DNA of 63,823 nucleotides, filler included, from Pirum gemmata (Eukaryota): NCBI GenBank assembly GCA_002812295.1. It is 16 parts of 16 records of this genome, joined end to end, with 100 filler letters (N's around TTAATTAATTAA, not from the genome) between each part and the next. Parts side by side here need not be neighbours in the genome. Positions count along the whole stretch, not along the records: positions 60,373 to 63,823 come from PDIN01002282.1; 15 more parts are not named here. One strand, 5' to 3'. Shown piece by piece: positions 60,565 to 63,823 of this stretch (position 1 is its first letter; each line of letters starts with the position of its first letter). The notes under the pieces were generated by a model. It saw only the letters and a program-made list of their open reading frames with translations, ran no database searches and was not told where the DNA came from. The position numbers and the translations under genes were made by a program.

Positions 60565-61213
60565 CAGTATTAGTTCGAATCCAACCCACACCAGAAACTG
60601 GAGCTTGCGCCATCGCACTTTCTTTCACTCGTTTTCGTACATTTTCATTTTTGTATTTACTTATTTCTTCTTTCATTATCCCGCCATTAGGAAACAACTG
60701 AGCTGCATTTTCCTTCCCGTAAATATACTCCAATTCTTCCAAACTCAAATCACTACCACCATCTCTAAAATAATCTGTAGAGGAAATCGGGTTTGTTACA
60801 TAAGCATCCATATCCATGGTATCTATATTGTATTGGTTTACAGCATGATAAGTATCCTTTTGAAGTGGGGGCATGGAACTGCCAGGTTGCCCTAAAGACC
60901 CCAGAGCAACAGCAATGCCACCTAGCATAGTGGTAGGTTTTACTCTCTTTCGCTCACCAGTTCTACCTCGACGTACTCTTTCGTGTAGAAATTGATCTTC
61001 GTCAACGGTGTATTTTATCATCGTGCCGTCTGCTGAATACTCAAATATATCCATTAAATTATCATCGTCATCATTGTTATTGTTGTTATCAAAGTCATTT
61101 ATATTGTCCGTATGTAATACTTGAATATTGTTAAATGGGCTTGCATTACTAACGATTACATGTTGCGTAGTAATTGCAACTACGAATGCTAATGAATATA
61201 AACTAAACTTCAT
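60565..61213 (-). CDS. Secreted preproprotein of unknown family, first exon
   Basis: Signal-like MKFSLYSLAFVVAITTQHVIVSNA, acidic N/D-rich pro-region, furin/kexin-type RVRR; donor g|gtaatt at 60564 precedes a (TTTG)n intron. Confidence 0.75.
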
Positions 61214-62618
61214 AATTGATTAATGATAAATGTATTTACTGATATGAATAATATCTTTTCTATTGTATCGTTTGATAAGTTGTTGTTGCTGTTGCTGTTG
61301 CTGTTGTTGTTGTTGTTGTTGTTATTAATTAGTTTGATTGATTAATTGTTATTGTACTTGTTCTTTTTTTTAAATAAATAAATAAATAAAAATATTATAT
61401 AAATATAAAATAAAATAAATTTATTGATTTTTTTTATTTTTGTTATTAATTTGCTTACATTATATAGTCCAGTAGCTCTATAATAATTTTCAAAAGTGCG
61501 AGATAACTGGGAGAGTCTGGGAGTTAAAAAAAAATTAAAAAAAAAAAAAAAAAAATTAAAAAAAAAAAAAAAAAAACTATGGTGCAAACAATTTAAAAAC
61601 GTCTTTACTAAAGAAAAGTCTCACAACTTTTTTTTTTATGTTTGAAATTTTCAAACTTATTAAGTATTATAACATATCTTATATTCGATTGAAAAATGAA
61701 AATTATAGTGGAACCCAAACGTTGGACGTTTTTAGATTGTTGAAAAGAAAAAAAAAAGAAAAAGCTAATTTTCTCAATTTTACAAATAAATATATTAATT
61801 AAAATAAAAGCAATGCGTTATAAATAGTATAAATATAACTCAATCTAACCAATTACATCCTGATTGTGAATATAACTCTGTAATCAATCTTTCAAATAAT
61901 ACTAAAGAATCACAGTTCAATACAACACAACACAAACACAAACACAAACACAAACACAAACACAAACACAAACACAAACACAAACACAAACACAACACAA
62001 TATAATACAATACAACAAAATTCTTTTTTTTTCAACACCTTTAATTTTCAATTATTGTAAACATGTAAAAAACAAATGGTTAGTTTATTATACCAAATAC
62101 TTAGTCTACAACCAGTAAATTATCAGCATTTAATATTAGGTACCAATAGTGGCCATATGTTCCACAACACTTCCACAAACACTTGTCAATATATTGCACA
62201 GTAAGGTAAACTTTCAAATGCTCCAGGTTTTCAGCTACAACTATAACAACTAAAAGCACAATATCATAAGGAGCTACTAAGGTTTACTTTATAATCAGCA
62301 ACTACAAGAATATCCTTATGAACGTATTACTTTTCTTGTGTTTGGTAACAGGAATCAGAATTACAGGATTGGCAGATACGCCGATCTAAGACTAAAATTA
62401 GAATTTAAAAATAGAAACTATTGGAGGCAGCTTTGTTAAATCTGACATTTCCATGCATTCCATGTACAATAAAGTGTCTATAGACGACTACATTATAGAC
62501 TACCCTCTGTTAAAAAATCGAGATTTCGAGTCTATATAATATTATTAATTAATAAGTTTGAAGTTTTCAATTAAATATTCAAATATATTTATTTATTAAA
62601 ATAAACCCGAAAAATACG

Positions 62619-62669
<51 letters not shown>

Positions 62670-62767
62670 NCGAACGTAGCTGAATTTTGGCTTTTTTTGA
62701 CAGCAGAAATTCGAGTTTTCGGGTTTGAGCAGAATTGGGAGAGGCCTAACCTTCATATCTTTCGAGT

Positions 62768-62981
62768 CGGATCGATAAAATAAAGCGTCCCGAATCATAT
62801 ATTTTGCTATTATAATATTTTTTTTTTATTTTGGTCAAGTAATTTGAGTCTCAGGGTTTTCCGTCGGATTCGAGTATTTTAACCCTGACCGAACACCCCG
62901 ACTCAAATTACTCGACCAAATTTTCAAAATAATAATTATAATAGAATATCATCATTCGGTACCTTTTCCTTTATCGAGCCC
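62768..62981. mobile_element. Degenerate long-TIR element running into a telomeric array
   Basis: TCGATAAAATAAAGCGTCCCGAAT...TTTGGTCAAGTAATTTGAGTC vs GACTCAAATTACTCGACCAAA...ATTCGGTACCTTTTCCTTTATCGAGCCC|TAA. Confidence 0.6.
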
Positions 62982-63034
62982 TAACCCTAACCCTAACCCT
63001 AACCCTAACCCTAACCCTAACCCTAACCCTAACC

Positions 63035-63075
<41 letters not shown>

Positions 63076-63169
63076 CCCTAACCCTAACCCTAACCCTAAC
63101 CCTAACCCTAACCCTAACCCCTATCCCTAACCCTAACCCTAACCCTAACCCTAACCCTAACCCTAACCC
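62979..63169. repeat. Interstitial (CCCTAA)n array
   Basis: About 31 units, with non-telomeric sequence on both sides. Confidence 0.92.
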
Positions 63170-63697
63170 ACTCCAAAGGGGTAGCCTATAGCGACTTTGC
63201 TGTATATGGAAATATCAGATTTAACAACGCTTATTGGAGGCAATTATCCTATTTGATTTTTATCATTATTTATTAGTTACAATTATTACTATAATTAGGT
63301 TAAAAAGAGTGATTTTTATTAAAAACAAGATGATTGTTTTTGCGATCAACCAATACTTACTGATTGTTATTGGACGCTGTAAAAGACTAGCGCTGATTGT
63401 TTTTTCAATCAACTAATAATTAACTCTTATTACATTTTAAAAATATGCGCTCAAAAATCCAAAAAATCTCAAAATGGCACAAAAGTATCTAACTAATAAA
63501 ACTCTATTATGAACCAATGGTTAGTTTTTAATAAGAATTTGGCTAGTTATAATTTTAAGTCTAAAAAAAATGGTTTCTACAGTCTTACATACTGAGAAAA
63601 AAAATTATGAGAAAAAATCCAGGAAAAAAACTGTGGAAAAAAATATATTCTATGATACAAATAATACAAAATCAATTGAAATAATTTGGTTGAAAAT

Positions 63698-63699
63698 AG

Positions 63700-63764
<65 letters not shown>

Positions 63765-63774
63765 ATTGTTATTC

Positions 63775-63817
<43 letters not shown>
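63698..63817. repeat. (GTT)n microsatellite
   Basis: Direct. Confidence 0.95.
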
Positions 63818-63818
<1 letters not shown>

Positions 63819-63823
63819 AACGT

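Noticed and set aside
62979..63169. True chromosome ends at the TTAGGG/CCCTAA arrays
   Set aside because: Nearly all arrays have non-telomeric sequence on both sides, occur in both orientations and often lie in introns. Misjoins cannot be fully excluded without long reads.

Overview
This is not one locus. It is 16 unlinked scaffolds (about 3.5-5.6 kb each) of a very AT-rich, intron-dense eukaryote, joined by 15 artificial 100-nt linkers (44 N + TTAATTAATTAA + 44 N). The organism uses the standard code, GT-AG introns and the TTAGGG telomere repeat. It encodes histidinol dehydrogenase and a 7TM-RGS protein, so it is probably not an animal; a unicellular holozoan, fungus or amoebozoan is my inference only. 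Most ORFs in the supplied track are microsatellite artefacts. Genes or gene fragments read exon by exon: CPPED1-like phosphoesterase, RPL13A, intronless VIT-vWA (VWA5A-like), a 10-exon unknown gene, two divergent Sec61-alpha pieces (C-half before N-half), a PKA-RI-type D/D domain, 7TM-RGS, annexin, histidinol dehydrogenase, an Asn-rich protein, ALDH, a C2H2 zinc-finger protein and a secreted preproprotein. Non-coding DNA holds several MITE families, foldback elements and the 3' end of a Zator-like transposon, whose matching MITE is also in the window. The most striking pattern is telomeric repeat inside genes. Many introns are built from (CCCTAA)n, biased to the strand that supplies CTAAC branch points. 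One intergenic TTAGGG array is flanked by a 13-bp target-site duplication, which suggests telomerase-like insertion at breaks. All homology calls are by eye from recalled motifs; no searches were run.
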